From: Psammoneis japonica
Taxonomy: Eukaryota
Length of the DNA: 64,000 bases
NCBI GenBank assembly: GCA_008632985.1
Contig: QPGO01000041.1
Span: 372,001-436,000 of the forward strand
Direction: 5' to 3'
Below the pieces are notes generated by a model. It did no database searches. It had not been told where the DNA came from and saw only the letters and a list, made by a program, of their open reading frames with translations. A program made the translations under genes and the position numbers. Of the stretch, positions 1 to 12,050 are shown in pieces. Numbering within the stretch: the first letter of the stretch is position 1; each line of letters opens with the position of its first letter.

Positions 1-2750
1 CATTTCATGTGGCTTCTCTGCCACTTTTGGTGCTTTGAATGTCCCAGGAGGAGAGCATCCATTGCAAGGAGTGATCTCCTCAGTCAAAGTGGAGCTTCAT
101 CACAAGCAAGAAGCAATTTACAAAAATGGGCTGGCATGGAAAGGGCCTGTCAAAAACACTGTTTCAAAATTTCAATTTGTGGAAATCATGCCCTGCAATG
201 AAACTGCAGAGAGAGGATTGAGCAACACAATGTTCAGAATTTTGAAATCAATTGGAAGTTTGACAGGGGATGAAAATGGTCAAATTGTCACTCTGCAAGA
301 ATTGCCAAAAACTGCCGCCTCATGGTGTGCAGCAACCAACTCACCATTGAGCATGTCTCCACTCTTGTTGACCCAACAAGCTCATGAAGTGGGCCATTGA
401 AAGCAATGACCCCCCAGGTTGGCAAGTGCTTTTCTCAGAGCTGCAGAGTCCCTGTGTCCCGTTGTTGGTGATCTGCATGTGGAGATGCATGTTGTTGCTG
501 GCATGTGCTCACTGTTTTATGGCAGATTCCTCTGACCAATCCAAGTGGCACTTGGTTGAATGTGCATCCAATGAAACACAATTCCCTGCCACAAAACATC
601 TTCAAAAATGCTGGCCTTGGTTCACAACCAGCTCACCTGACTCATCTGTTGTAAATTGAGTGAAACTGTGACCAAAGAGAAAGGATGTTGTCAGTGGACA
701 GTGGTTAGAAAGATGAAGAGAACACTGGCTCAATGAGACCCATGGCAAGACAAATCCTCATCAAAGACCTGTCTCCAACAAGCCAGCTCCTGTTGATGTG
801 GCAATGCCACTGCCAGCCTGGAATCATTCACAGAAAAGAAGAGAAAGTCATGTGTCAGACAAGAAGCTGGACTTGCCATGAAATTTTTTGATTGGGGCAA
901 AAGCCACAAGGAGCACAAATGGGCAATGGGAATTGGCAATCCTTGCCCATGCAAGATTCTCAGAAAGCACCTTCTTCCATTTTTTGCCAGTTTCAGCAAA
1001 CCAAACTACATTGATTTATTTGCTGCATCCATGGATGCCATCAGTCCAATTCAAGCTTGGTGGGGGGAAAGCACAAGAGGTCTGAACTGGTGTGCATCAT
1101 GCACAATGCACGCAATTCAGGGAGTGGGGTTAAACAGAAGAATTGCAGTGCACCTTTTGCATGACTGTTGCCAAATTGTGGATGAAAAGGGAAGGATGAC
1201 ATTGGAAGAAGACAATTTCCTCTGGAATGATGCACCTGTTGCCATTTTCAAGTTTGGCATGGAAGCAAAGAAGAGTCAAAATTCACAGAATTCCACCTCA
1301 GAGTCAAACGCAATCAGTCGTCTTTTTGGAGATCTGGCCAGGAAACTGGCAGCATGATCTCAAAAACATGTGCAACATGAAGAAAAGAAAACATGGTAAG
1401 ATTGAATTGGAGGGTGGTGTTGACAGTTCCAGAGAAGATGCCACAGATGATGATTGGGACCCAGCAGGTGCTGACAATCAAGACAGCATTGCAAAGATGT
1501 GCAAGTGCATTTGCATCCAGTGGTGAAGAAAGGAGAAAGTGTTGCTGCAAATGGACTCCACAAGCTCAAGACCTTGAAATTCAACAAAAACAAGCAAGTG
1601 CACAAGCACAAGAGATCATGTGAAAGGTTGGCAAAGACAGGAGAGCTGGGTGCTGGATGTAAAAAGCACACAGAGAGCCACTCAAGTGCCAAATCTTCCA
1701 CTGCCTTCTCAGCCCTTGAAATTGCTTGAAGACTGTTCAGGAAATGAGGAGAGTGAGGCCCTTGCATTTCAAACAATCCAGTTGCTGCTCCCAGATGGAA
1801 AGGAGCCACCAAGACATTTTCAAGTTGAGGGAACGGCCCGGCGGAGGGGCACATGTCCAAAGTGGGAACAGGTGTGGTGCTGCCAATGACATTCTCATTT
1901 TGCTGAAGTCATCATGACAGAAAAACAAGCCGGGGAAATCCATGGGAGGAACAAACAAGCAAGGAAGAAATCCAACAAGCAGAAAAAGGATGAAGCCAGC
2001 ATTGAAGAAGAATTCCTGGTGACTTGAAAGGATGAGATGGTTCACACTGTTGGGTCTGAGAAGCAAAAGAACAGGGAGGCGTGCACATGGTTCTGCAACA
2101 ACATCCTCAAATGCATGAAGAGCACTGCGATGTGGAGAAGGATGGTGGAGTCTGGCAGCACCAAGGCCACAGATCTGGCTGCGGCAAGCAACAAGGCACT
2201 GGCCCTGTTGATGATGGAAAACTGCTGGAAGATTTGGGAGCACAAGACCACGCAGGAGGGAAATGAAGAAGGGAGCGAAGAGGGGAAACCGGCACCATTG
2301 CACACAGACCCGTCACAACAGTGTGACTCTTGGAAGGATCAAGGAATGCTGTGCTTCAATGCTCTTCTTGGGGAGGCAAAGGAGTGGGCATTTTGACATG
2401 TGGCACACTGACGGAAAGAAAAAGGAGAGCAAAGGCAAAGGAAAAAAGGGAAGAAACACCAAAAAACCAGCGGATTTGGATGCAAGAACGCAAGCAACAA
2501 TGGAGCTTTCTAGTGACTGCAAGGAGGATGACAATGTGACAGATGCACCAGCTGACAAAAGAGATGAGAAGGAAGACAAAACTGGCCAGGAACACAGCGA
2601 TGGAAGCAAAGAAAGCAAAACTCCAGTGCCAGCCAATTGGAGATGTAGAACAACTGGGACCACAGCATTGACTTGGTGTTCATTGAAAATCAATGTTAAA
2701 AAGCAAAAGCAATGTGCCATTGTTGATTGAAAAGAGTGGACTGAATTCAT
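1..2750 (+). mobile_element. Decayed, probably transposon-derived coding remnant
   Basis: Fragmented protein-like ORFs, e.g. 2037-2396 'ASNKALALLMMENCWKIW...PLHT...SWKDQGMLCFNAL', reminiscent of TE-associated accessory ORFs. Family not identifiable by eye. Confidence 0.3.
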
Positions 2751-3383
2751 TGCAAGCATCACTTTAAATGCAGAAACTGCTGGCATGTGATGTGAAACAA
2801 ACCAATGACATCAATTGTCAGCTTCTGCAGTGGAGGAAGGCACACACAGAATGTGAAAAGAGGGGGGCTTTTTGAAAGTTAAAGTTGATTTCTTGCAGTT
2901 AAAAAGGTGTCTCCACAGCTGATTTAATTGACTGTCACAGATTAAAATTTGTTGCCACAACTAACAAGGTTTAAAACCACAAAAACATTGACTGTGAAAG
3001 GAACAAAAATCACGGTGACAAGGCATGTGATGATCACCACATTGCGGCCTCTGATGTTTCAGCAATCATGCCAAAACACATTGACAGACACAACTTTGTT
3101 CCACCACACAACAACACAGAATCTGTTTCAGATGCTTGTGGCCATGCAAAACCAACAGACTGGTGACTGCTGAGAGAAGCATGGCTCTGGCTAAATGCCA
3201 ATGACATTGTTGGCTAATTTGCTGCTTTACAAGAAGGGCAATTTTGGCAAAAATTGTTGGTTGCAGCATTTCAATCATGGCAAACTGCTCTGAAAATGAC
3301 AACTGTGGCATTTGAAGGTCAGAACAACACAGGCAAAGTGAAAGGAAATTGCAAAATCACCAGCCGTTTTTAAAAATGCCGGT

Positions 3384-5625
3384 TTGCACCAGTGCAGAAG
3401 AACAGCATTTCAAGAGAAAGTCCAACATTTCCTTTTCATCAAGCTCCACATTTTTCTCTACCATGACAGACTCTTCCAGGCAATCTTGAAACCGCTTTGG
3501 ATGCCAAGTCCCATTGAAGTGATCAAGAATCAACATGACGGCTGCAGTCTTCAAGTCTGTGCTGCTCGGGAAGCAACAGTCATGTCCATTTGTCATGTGA
3601 GAGAGACCATCCAGTGCTCGGAACAAGAGCTTGTATCTTCCCACTTCCAATGACATGCAGAGGGAGAAAGTGCCACCAATGCCAACTGCTTGCAGTGTTC
3701 CACCCCTGCTGAACACATTGACTCACTTGGGTGGCCCCATGCGGAGCAGTGGCAGATGCTCCATGCCTCTGTGGACCTGCTGCCTGCTGATCCTCCCATC
3801 ATGGCAGGGTTGTGCCGCCAGAAGCAAGACATGCAGATCCATTGAAGGGACCAAGAATCTTGGCTTCAAAACCATGACAGATTCTCATCATGAATCGATC
3901 CCACGAGTGGTCTGCGGAGCAAATGTAATCGTCAGCATTTTGATCACTGCCGTTGCCATGAATTGTGATGAGATTCGTTTGCATTGTGACACAGCCAGCA
4001 CAGGTCACGTCAGTCCCCAGAAATCCTCCTGGAGACGCGCTCATTGGCGACAGAGCAGACAATGTTGGAATCAATTCCAGCTGCGGAGAAAAACAAGACA
4101 ATGCTTGTCCAGGGGAGACAATTTTTCGTTCCTCCTCGGAAAGGCTCTTTAGGAATGAGCGCACTTGGTTCTCTTCCACCAACCTCAGGCGATTCGGGTT
4201 CATCATAAAAGCACTGACAAGTTCTTTGGTTTCCCATTCCATGCTCAAATGTTGGTCCCAATTAATCGCAAAGTCCTCTGGAATGTCATGCGAGCCCATT
4301 TTCGCTTTTAGTGTCATCACCTCATCAACAGCAAGCATCGGTTGGATGCCCTCCAGCCCATTGAGCGTCAGCAGGAAATTCGCCGCCGCTTCGTTCGGCG
4401 TCAAAATGACAACAACTGTGTTTCTTTCACGGGTTTGAGTTCTGATGGTCCGCGCAAGGTCTTCATCTATTTGATTCTTTCCATTCGGCATGAATTCATC
4501 AAGAAACAGACAGGACGCAGGTTTTCCTGGACGGCTGGCCAATTTTTCGGCAATCAGATCAATCAATCCAGAAGGGGGGTGTGCACAGTCGTGAAGATCA
4601 AGGAGATTCAACACATTTTCAAGGTGAGGTGTGCCTGAATCGGCTGGACTGAAGCAAGTGCCATTGTTGACCCCCCTCTTGATGTGTTTTTTGATGTGGG
4701 CCACACAGGCTGTTGTCTTTCCCATGCCAGGAGGGACGTGGGTGACGCAGACGGTTCCTGGACATGTGCATCGCTCTTGAATGCATTGCAAAATTGGTGA
4801 GCTGGTGCAATCGGGACGTTTTTTGCAGTGGTTCACGTCACAGGGAAACAAGAAGCAGTTTTCAATGCCCTTCATGACCTTCTGCTTTGCACCCGGGTTG
4901 TTGTTCTTCCATTTGGCATGAAGTGCTTGATCAACTCCTTCTTGCGTGAGTTTCATCAGCACCATTGACCCGAGCACTTCGCCTGCACACATGAGGGTGG
5001 CTGTTGCAGCAGTCCCCAAAAATGAATGTTCACAGAGCTGAATCGACAAGTTGTGTCGCAATCTCAGACGGCTGTGTTCGTTTTCTTTTTCATTTTGTTC
5101 ACATCTCACATCTGCCATCGTGCACATTTTAAATTCAATGGAGCCATTGAGATCTGAGCATTCATTTGCCATTGTCATGACACACATGTTTTTTAACAAC
5201 AAATGTTTGTGAAGATTGTTTCAAGCGTGCTTGCGTCAATTTGAAATTTTCGTGGTCCGCGCACTCGATGCATGGGATCTGGAATTTGGCCCCGCAGCAC
5301 AGCCGTCCGCGCCATCACCCCCCCCTTCACCCTGAGCCAGATGACAAAGACACCTTCTACATTGATGCACTTTGCAGATCATTGGACAACAGAGCACTCT
5401 TTTTTGTGGGTGGGGAAGAGATTGTCTCAAAGCAACTGCAGCCAACGTTCTTGTTGACAAGAGTTCTTTGCCCCAAATCAGAACAAGAGCATTTCAAAAG
5501 AAAGCCCAAGATTGCTTGTTCATCAAGCTCCACATTGTTGACCATGACAGGGTCTTCCAGGCAATCTCAGATCCACTTTGGTTGTCAAGGAACTCTGTTG
5601 AAGCTGTGGTCTTCCAAGTCCAAGA
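3384..5625. repeat. Diverged direct repeat pair (about 3384-3560 and 5468-5625) flanking the ATPase pseudogene
   Basis: Shared 'ttcatcaagctccacatt...ccatgacag..tcttccaggcaatct'. Minus-strand peptides NVELDEKEMLDFLLKC vs NVELDEQAILGFLLKC. Confidence 0.8.
3799..5202 (-). pseudogene. P-loop AAA+/STAND-like ATPase, hypermutated paralog of 48665-49609
   Basis: Walker A PPGMGKTT, Walker B LFLDEF, VVVILTPN. Only one Tyr in 467 aa. Lies in a TpA-depleted block. Confidence 0.7.
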
Positions 5626-5904
5626 TGAACATCAAAGCCTGTGTGCGAGGGGTTGATGAAACACAACACCCTGCAGCCAGAGCTGATGTTTGCAAGCATG
5701 CAATCCTTGCCAACTTGTTGTGCAAGTTTCCCTTCACCACCAGTCAAGTGCAAAAGCAATGTGTGCTCTGAAAATCAGCAGCACAGTCACTCCATTGCGG
5801 CCTGTTCCAGCTCCAGGTGCTCCGAGTGGGTTCGATTCCCATCATTTGCCCATTTTCAGGTTTGGCGCAATTAATTTTTTTCCAAATCCGTTTTTTGCCA
5901 AATC

Positions 5905-5955
5905 GAAGGGTGAGTGCACACTTTACATGCATTTTCGGGTGTGCACTCACCTTTC
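5905..5955. repeat. Hairpin/inverted repeat in a probable element terminus
   Basis: Perfect 13-bp arms ggtgagtgcacac (5909-5921) and gtgtgcactcacc (5939-5951), extendable to 17 bp with one G-T pair. Confidence 0.8.
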
Positions 5956-7001
5956 AATTTTTGAAACGATCAAAATTGAAGGAGTTCAATGAGCCAAACT
6001 GCGCAGAAATTCGGCCTCTCGTGTGATGAAAAGCAGATCACCTGGAGCTGGAACAGGCTTTGCCCTGTGCTTCAGACTGAAAGATGAGCCATTTTTCACC
6101 ACACTGGTTGCCATTGAATGGTGAAACAAAACAGCTTTGGAGGGACATGAGCTGGTCAGTGTTGAGGTCAAGAAAACAGGAACAGAGTCATTTGTCTGGT
6201 TGGTCTCAAAGGGTCTCCCAGGATGTGATTTTAAGAGCTGGCATTGACTTGCTGTCATGCATCATGGGGGGTCTCAAGATTGACAACATTCTGCATGTTG
6301 CAACAGCAGAGGTCATGATTGGCATCACAGAATGCCATGACCAGGTCTTCTTCTTTGGGCCACACAAAAAGTCTCGCCATCATGAGATCTTTGGCATCAA
6401 AATCTGCCTGAGTCAAGTGCAGCACCTTGTGGCCAAGTGTTCCCAAGTCAAAGGTCTCAGAAGCACATGACATGGCTTGGCTTGCAATTTCAACAGCATC
6501 ACCCACTTTGTTGGCATTGTCAACAAACCCTTGGTTGCTTGCGCGCACACACCAAGTCACGGAGTGTGGCGCCAACAAGCTTTTGTTCCTCTGACAAGAG
6601 TTTGTTCATTCTTTCTTCCCTTGTGACAGAACAGAAAAAGTCAATGGGACAAAGTCAAGGTGCCTGGTTGTTGCTTCCAACCCAAGTCAATGGAAAGAGC
6701 TTGGAAGCGACAATGAGTCCAGCAGGCACATCGTGGATCTACAACACGTCATCACCGGCAAAAGATTTGCAATCTCTCATCTCCAAACCCAGCCCAAGCA
6801 GCCTGTTGCAGGGCTCATCCATGGATGAAAAAAGAGAAAGTGCGCTCATTGTGAGACAACCACACATCCGCCATTTGCTTGGCCGCTTGCAAGGCTGCCA
6901 CACCATGATCTCTTTGTTGCTGGCTGCACAAAGAGGTGAGTGAGTTTTGTGGCAGGCGTCAATGAAATCATGACCAGAGGTGCACAGCTGTGAAAATGCT
7001 G

Positions 7002-7446
7002 TGCAACATGCAGCTGCTGATGAGAGTCAATGCATCACGGCGACGTGTTGCAGCCTTTAAATGTCAAAGGGCATGACAAAAACAACCTTTTGTCTGCATG
7101 CACACTGCACTGTGAATTCACAGCGGAGTGGTTCATCGCAACCATCAGGCAGGAGGCCAGGGGTTCGAAACCCTGAGTGGGAGTTGTCTGCAGCAATGTT
7201 GATCACTGTCGAACGCGTAAAACTCTGTGCAGTTCTGCATGTTCCTTCGCACATGCCCACACTGTTCCGCCAAAACCGTGCAGTGTCAGCACACATCAGT
7301 GAAGAGCCGCATGGACGCATGACACATGGGGAGGAATGCAACACACAGCTGCTGATGAGAGTCAATGCATCATGGCGACGTGTCACAGCCTTTAAATGTC
7401 ACAAAGGGCATGACAAAAACAACCTTTTGTCTGCATGCATGCTGCA
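7002..7446 (+). repeat. About 110-bp direct repeat (7002-7109 and 7337-7446)
   Basis: Shared 'cagctgctgatgagagtcaatgcatca...gggcatgacaaaaacaaccttttgtctgcatgca'. Confidence 0.9.
7114..7183 (+). pseudogene. tRNA-derived sequence (tRNA pseudogene or SINE head)
   Basis: A-box-like cagcggagtgg (TRGCNNAGTGG with TA>CA) and B-box ggttcgaaacc with a T-arm-like stem. No clean acceptor stem. Confidence 0.4.
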
Positions 7447-7777
7447 GCTGGCGTGTTTGTTCCCATCAAAAATTGCTTGTGACACTCCATTGAATGAATC
7501 TGTGCTGGTGAATGATTGTTGGCTGCAACAAACAATGAGCCAGAAGGGTCTGCCAAAATGTTGCCAGCAAGCGTGCAGACAGATGTTGCCACAGCAGCTC
7601 CCTCACCAGCCTGGGGGGACGAGACAGCCGAAGCTCACAAGGAGATGACACATCTGATCAGATCACCCAGAAGACTGGCTGAGGTGAGCTTTTGTGCTGG
7701 ATTGCCATGGTGGTGAGTTTTGGTGTGTCAAACTGTTCACCCGCTTGTTTGGAAAAAACAGAAAAGATGCTGCTGCT

Positions 7778-8990
7778 CTGCTTGGCAGGCACAAAGCAGC
7801 AAAGCAGGCACATGCAAGAGCGGCTGCATCCTGAAAAAATTGTCCCTGATGAATTGACAGATGCAATTTTTCACACTGCAGCTGCGCGCTCATCAGCCAC
7901 TCATTTTTGCCATGTGTTGTGTGCACTGGTGCCAAGAGCAGAGCTGTCAGAGTGCAGACAACGCTGCTCTGGTGTGTGATCTCCCCCCCCTCTCATTGCT
8001 TGTGGCGCATGTGCAGAGACATGAACTCCTCACTGGAGAGCACACACTTGTTGTGCCAAGGGGGGCAATTTTGCAAGCACAAGCTGTGGCACATCTTCTT
8101 CAAATTGCTTTTGATCAGCTGATGTTGGCTTGTTTTGACGNCACGCAATGGCGTCGACTTCGGACCATTTTTCACGGTTTAAAAGGCATAAACGATTGAT
8201 ACACTTGAATCAGTCGAATATATTGAGGAAATATACATGGTAATAGAAAAGAAATGGTCCTTAGAGGCAAATTGTGAGTGAATAGAGGCTCAATTGTTGT
8301 TGCTGACAGATTTAGCATTATTGTGCCGCGCTGCAGCCTTCAACAAGCATTTTCACTATTGTTGTTGATGACACAGACTATATCAAATACGGAGATCCTG
8401 GTCATGACATTCAATTTTCCATAAGGCTGAAAAAAGTGGGCCGTCATGGTCACTGAAAGCCATGGCCGGTTTGGCTGTTTGTTTGTTCGAGTTTATTCTG
8501 TTTATTTTACTTAGAAGCCATTGATATGATCAATTTTATTAAATATGTACGGTGTTCAATAAAGCATTAAAAAATTATTTTTTCTGCGAAAAGGGGCATG
8601 TGCGCGCCACCTAAGTCTGGAACAAGTCCTGCTTGGCAGGCACAAAGCAGCAAAGCAGGCACATGCAAGAGCGGCTGCATCCTGAAAAAATTGTCCCTGA
8701 TGAATTGACAGATGCAATTTTTCACACTGCAGCTGCGCACTCATCAGCCACTCATTTTTGCCATGTGTTGTGTGCACTGGTGCCAAGAGCAGAGCTGTCA
8801 GAGTGCAGACAACGCTGCTCTGGTGTGTGATCTCCCCCCCTCTCATTGCTTGTGGCGCGTGTGCAGAGACATGAACTCCTCACTGGAGAGCACACACTTG
8901 TTGTGCCAAGGGGGGCAATTTTGCAAGCACAAGCTGTGGCACATCTTCTTCAAATTGCTTTTGATCAGCTGATGTTGGCTTGTTTTGACA
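7778..8990 (+). repeat. Near-identical 360-bp duplication (7778-8140 and 8629-8990) across a scaffold N
   Basis: Copies differ by 3 substitutions and 1 homopolymer indel. The first copy ends exactly at the N at 8141, so this is probably a haplotype or contig overlap. Confidence 0.85.
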
Positions 8991-9399
8991 ATGAGTTTTG
9001 TGCTCTTTTTGGCACCAAGCAGTGCTGCCGGAGAGCCACGCAGCTTCGTTGTCACATGGATTGGCAATGCCATCAGAAAGTGGCGATTTATGATGAATGT
9101 GCAATTTTGCATTTTGAAGAGCATGTTGAGAGAAGCCGCGATGAATGACGAAATTGAAAATGATGTTTTTGTGTCCCCCAGGCATTCCCCACGGCATTCA
9201 CAAGGTTTCGAGGTTTCGGGTCTCCGATCCACCCCTGACCAGGGGTGAACAAGAAATGACTGTGACGTGGCCGTTTCTCATCACAACATTCTTCGAGTTG
9301 ATGACGACTGATGACTTGTGACAACGCGAACTTGCGAACTTGTGTGCTTGCTTGTGAACGCACTTTATCGTTGTGTTGCTGTGAAAAGAGTTTCGAAAA

Positions 9400-11469
9400 A
9401 TGGAGGGCACTGTAATGGAAATTGGACGTGTCGTCGGTGTGAAAAGGAACGAGTGTCATATCAAACCACAGGATTGTTTGTTTGGTAGAGGAAATCGTTG
9501 TCGCGACCATGTCGGATCTCGACGCTTTCATGAAGTCTGTCGCGATAATCTGACAGACTACTACTCGACAAATACGCATGAGGAAAAGACGATCATAGCC
9601 TACCGTGTCGTCAACGCAATTCATGCTCTGGATGGACGATTTCTCAAGCAACAGGCGAAAAGTAATGAATTCGCTGAAATGGATACTGAAACAGCGATCC
9701 ATAAGACAAAGCAGACACTTCGGGACATGGGAAAGAAAAGACCTCTGCGGCGCTTGTTACTCCAGAACCATCACAGCTTCAGGACTTGGTGTGTCAAACG
9801 TTTGATCAGCAGCAAACGAAGAACAGTCTCCTACCAGATGCTGCTATGGTTCCTCGGCACACTGTCACGCCACCGATTGAAGCATCTGTAAAAGAAAAAC
9901 ATGGTTTTGATTGGTTACTTCCAGGTCTTGACCCGCAGCTATCGAACCAAACTATTTCTCCCCCCTTTGTTGCCCATGACAGTGGCACTTCTGATCAGCC
10001 TACTTTGTTTGCAGCATCGAAAGTGCGTGTAGCAACAAATACAGGCGAGGCTGCACAAAATGACCTGGCACCAGTGTCTTTACGCAAGCATCCTGGTTCT
10101 GATGTTTGTGAAGGGAAACCCATGCTATCCAGATTATTCGGACTTCAGAAGCATCTCACATCACCGACACGTCGTCAGTAGTCCCCGGCGAGAAGAAACC
10201 AGAAGATGTATCCGGTAAACCTCCCGAAAGCACTGGAGGCGATAAGTACTCCCCAGACGAGAAAGAGGCGGCGAAACAGTTGTACTCGTTGCTCTGTTCA
10301 GACGAGGCTCCAAGTTCACCGAGGAGGATGTGGAGAAAGAAAGGAAACAAATGACTGAAGAAGAAAGCTTGTCAGTTCTTCAAGATATGCTTGGAAACCT
10401 TCATATCGCAAAGCCTGTTCGGAAGCGCGTTAAACGAACTGTGCCGCCATCTGCATTGACCACATCTCTGTTGAATGATATGAAAGTCCAGTTGGATCTC
10501 ATTCCTGAAGAAGACAAACTCGCGCTACTGGAGGCACAAGTCAAGGCACACGATCGTGCCTACGAGTTTAGCGATGAACGGCTGGAGCGCTTTCTACACT
10601 CGGAAAGTATGGATTCACAGGTAAGCATTGTAAACCAACTGGTTGTTTTGGATTCACAAGTGAAAGGCAAATGAAACGTAGTCTTACATGCAACTTTCTT
10701 TATCACTCTCTCAGAAAGCGGCGAGGCGCTTAGTGACGTATTGGGAAGAAAGGCGCAAGCTCTTTGGTGCGGACAAGTATTTGTGTCGCATGACCTTGTC
10801 CGAGGCGTTGCGTGACGATTTAGGCGTGCTCCGGGAAGGAATCTGCCATCTTTTGCCAGGCTTGGATTCTTCCGGTCGGCATCTCATATACATAGACTTT
10901 GCCCGTCGCAGTGAAAAAAGACAAGGGCACACATTGGAAGGCACGGTACGTATTGAAATACCCACAGCACCGGTTGCCGTCAGTCATTGAGACAAAACCG
11001 AACGTTTCTTACACTACACACCTGTTACTTTCTGTAGATTCGAGCGTTTTGGTACATGATTGAGGTGATCGCTCGTGAAAATTTCAACTTTATTCTGGTC
11101 AATTGGTTAAACGAAGCAACGCTTTGGGATTTCGACCGGGAGTTGGACAAGAGACAGATTTACCTCATTGACAATTGCTTCCCCATTCATTTGTGTGCCG
11201 TGCACGTATGCTGTCCTATTATGCTCGTTGAACTGTTTATCAAAGCTACTTATTATGCCTTGTTGGACAAGAGCCATCGCCAGCGCACACTAGTGCATAG
11301 TGTTCCCGACAAGAAGATTGTCGGTGTGTTGGCTGACTTTGGGATTAGCAAAGAAGTTCTGCCGACTGAAATGGGAGGAGATTTCCGCCTTGACGCAATT
11401 GGCTGGCTCTCAAGCATGATCGCATTGGAAGAATTGGAAAAAGGACACAGAACGGAACATCGTATATAA
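9400..11469 (+). CDS. DUF6824 plus CRAL-TRIO (Sec14-like) domain protein
   Basis: N-terminal DCLFGRG..HVGSRRF..GRFLK..KTKQTLRD (DUF6824). C-terminal AARRLVTYWEER, DSSGR, FPIHLCAVHVC, LPTEMGG (CRAL-TRIO). GT-AG introns 10621-10714 and 10946-11037. Apparent frameshifts between 9750 and 10330. Confidence 0.75.
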
Positions 11470-12050
11470 CGTCTTGCTTAGTTGCAAAGACATTTGAATC
11501 AAGTGCTTACTACTGTGCTGTTTAGGTTTGCCTTGTTCGCTAGCTCCCCCAGAATCCCTGTTTTGAAGTGCAGATCCAGCAAGTTCACCTTCATAGTCGT
11601 CATCACACTTCTCAACCACCGCACGAGAACACTGACAGCATACTGTAGTACTCAAAGAGCAAGACACGAAGGACTTGCCATCCAGTTTCTGAAGGCAGTA
11701 GTCACCAAGACCGCATGATGCAGCTGTTTGAAACAGACGAGGAGGCGTAATCGTAACTACTAGAGGTAAGCTTAGCAGATGGCCCATTACGTTAGCAGAT
11801 TAGAGATGAAGAGTAATGAGCCGATACATAAACACAAAAGTAGCATTTACATCCGTTCTGCACGACAGCCGGTGCGTAAAACAATCCATTAAAACACTAG
11901 TGCTCTACTGATTTATTCTTGGGGAATGCTGTGTAAGGTCAACGCCCATAACCGCGTCGCCCGTGGACAATGGTACGGAGGCATACTACTTGCAACTGGA
12001 AGCCTGAAGCGGTGGAGAAGGCGGCCCATCCGAACATCATGACCAAACTT

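Larger units (their letters stand above)
1..8140. other. TpA/CpG-depleted block of decayed repeats and pseudogenes
   Basis: Hand count: 2 TpA and 2 CpG in nt 1-600, versus 4 TpA and 3 CpG in the 60 nt at 12541-12600. ORF translations are Tyr-poor and Cys/His-rich. Confidence 0.9.

Noticed and set aside
1..9300. Dense overlapping Cys/His-rich ORFs in all six frames
   Set aside because: A by-product of losing TAA/TAG stops and Tyr codons; not evidence of novel metal-binding proteins or overlapping genes.
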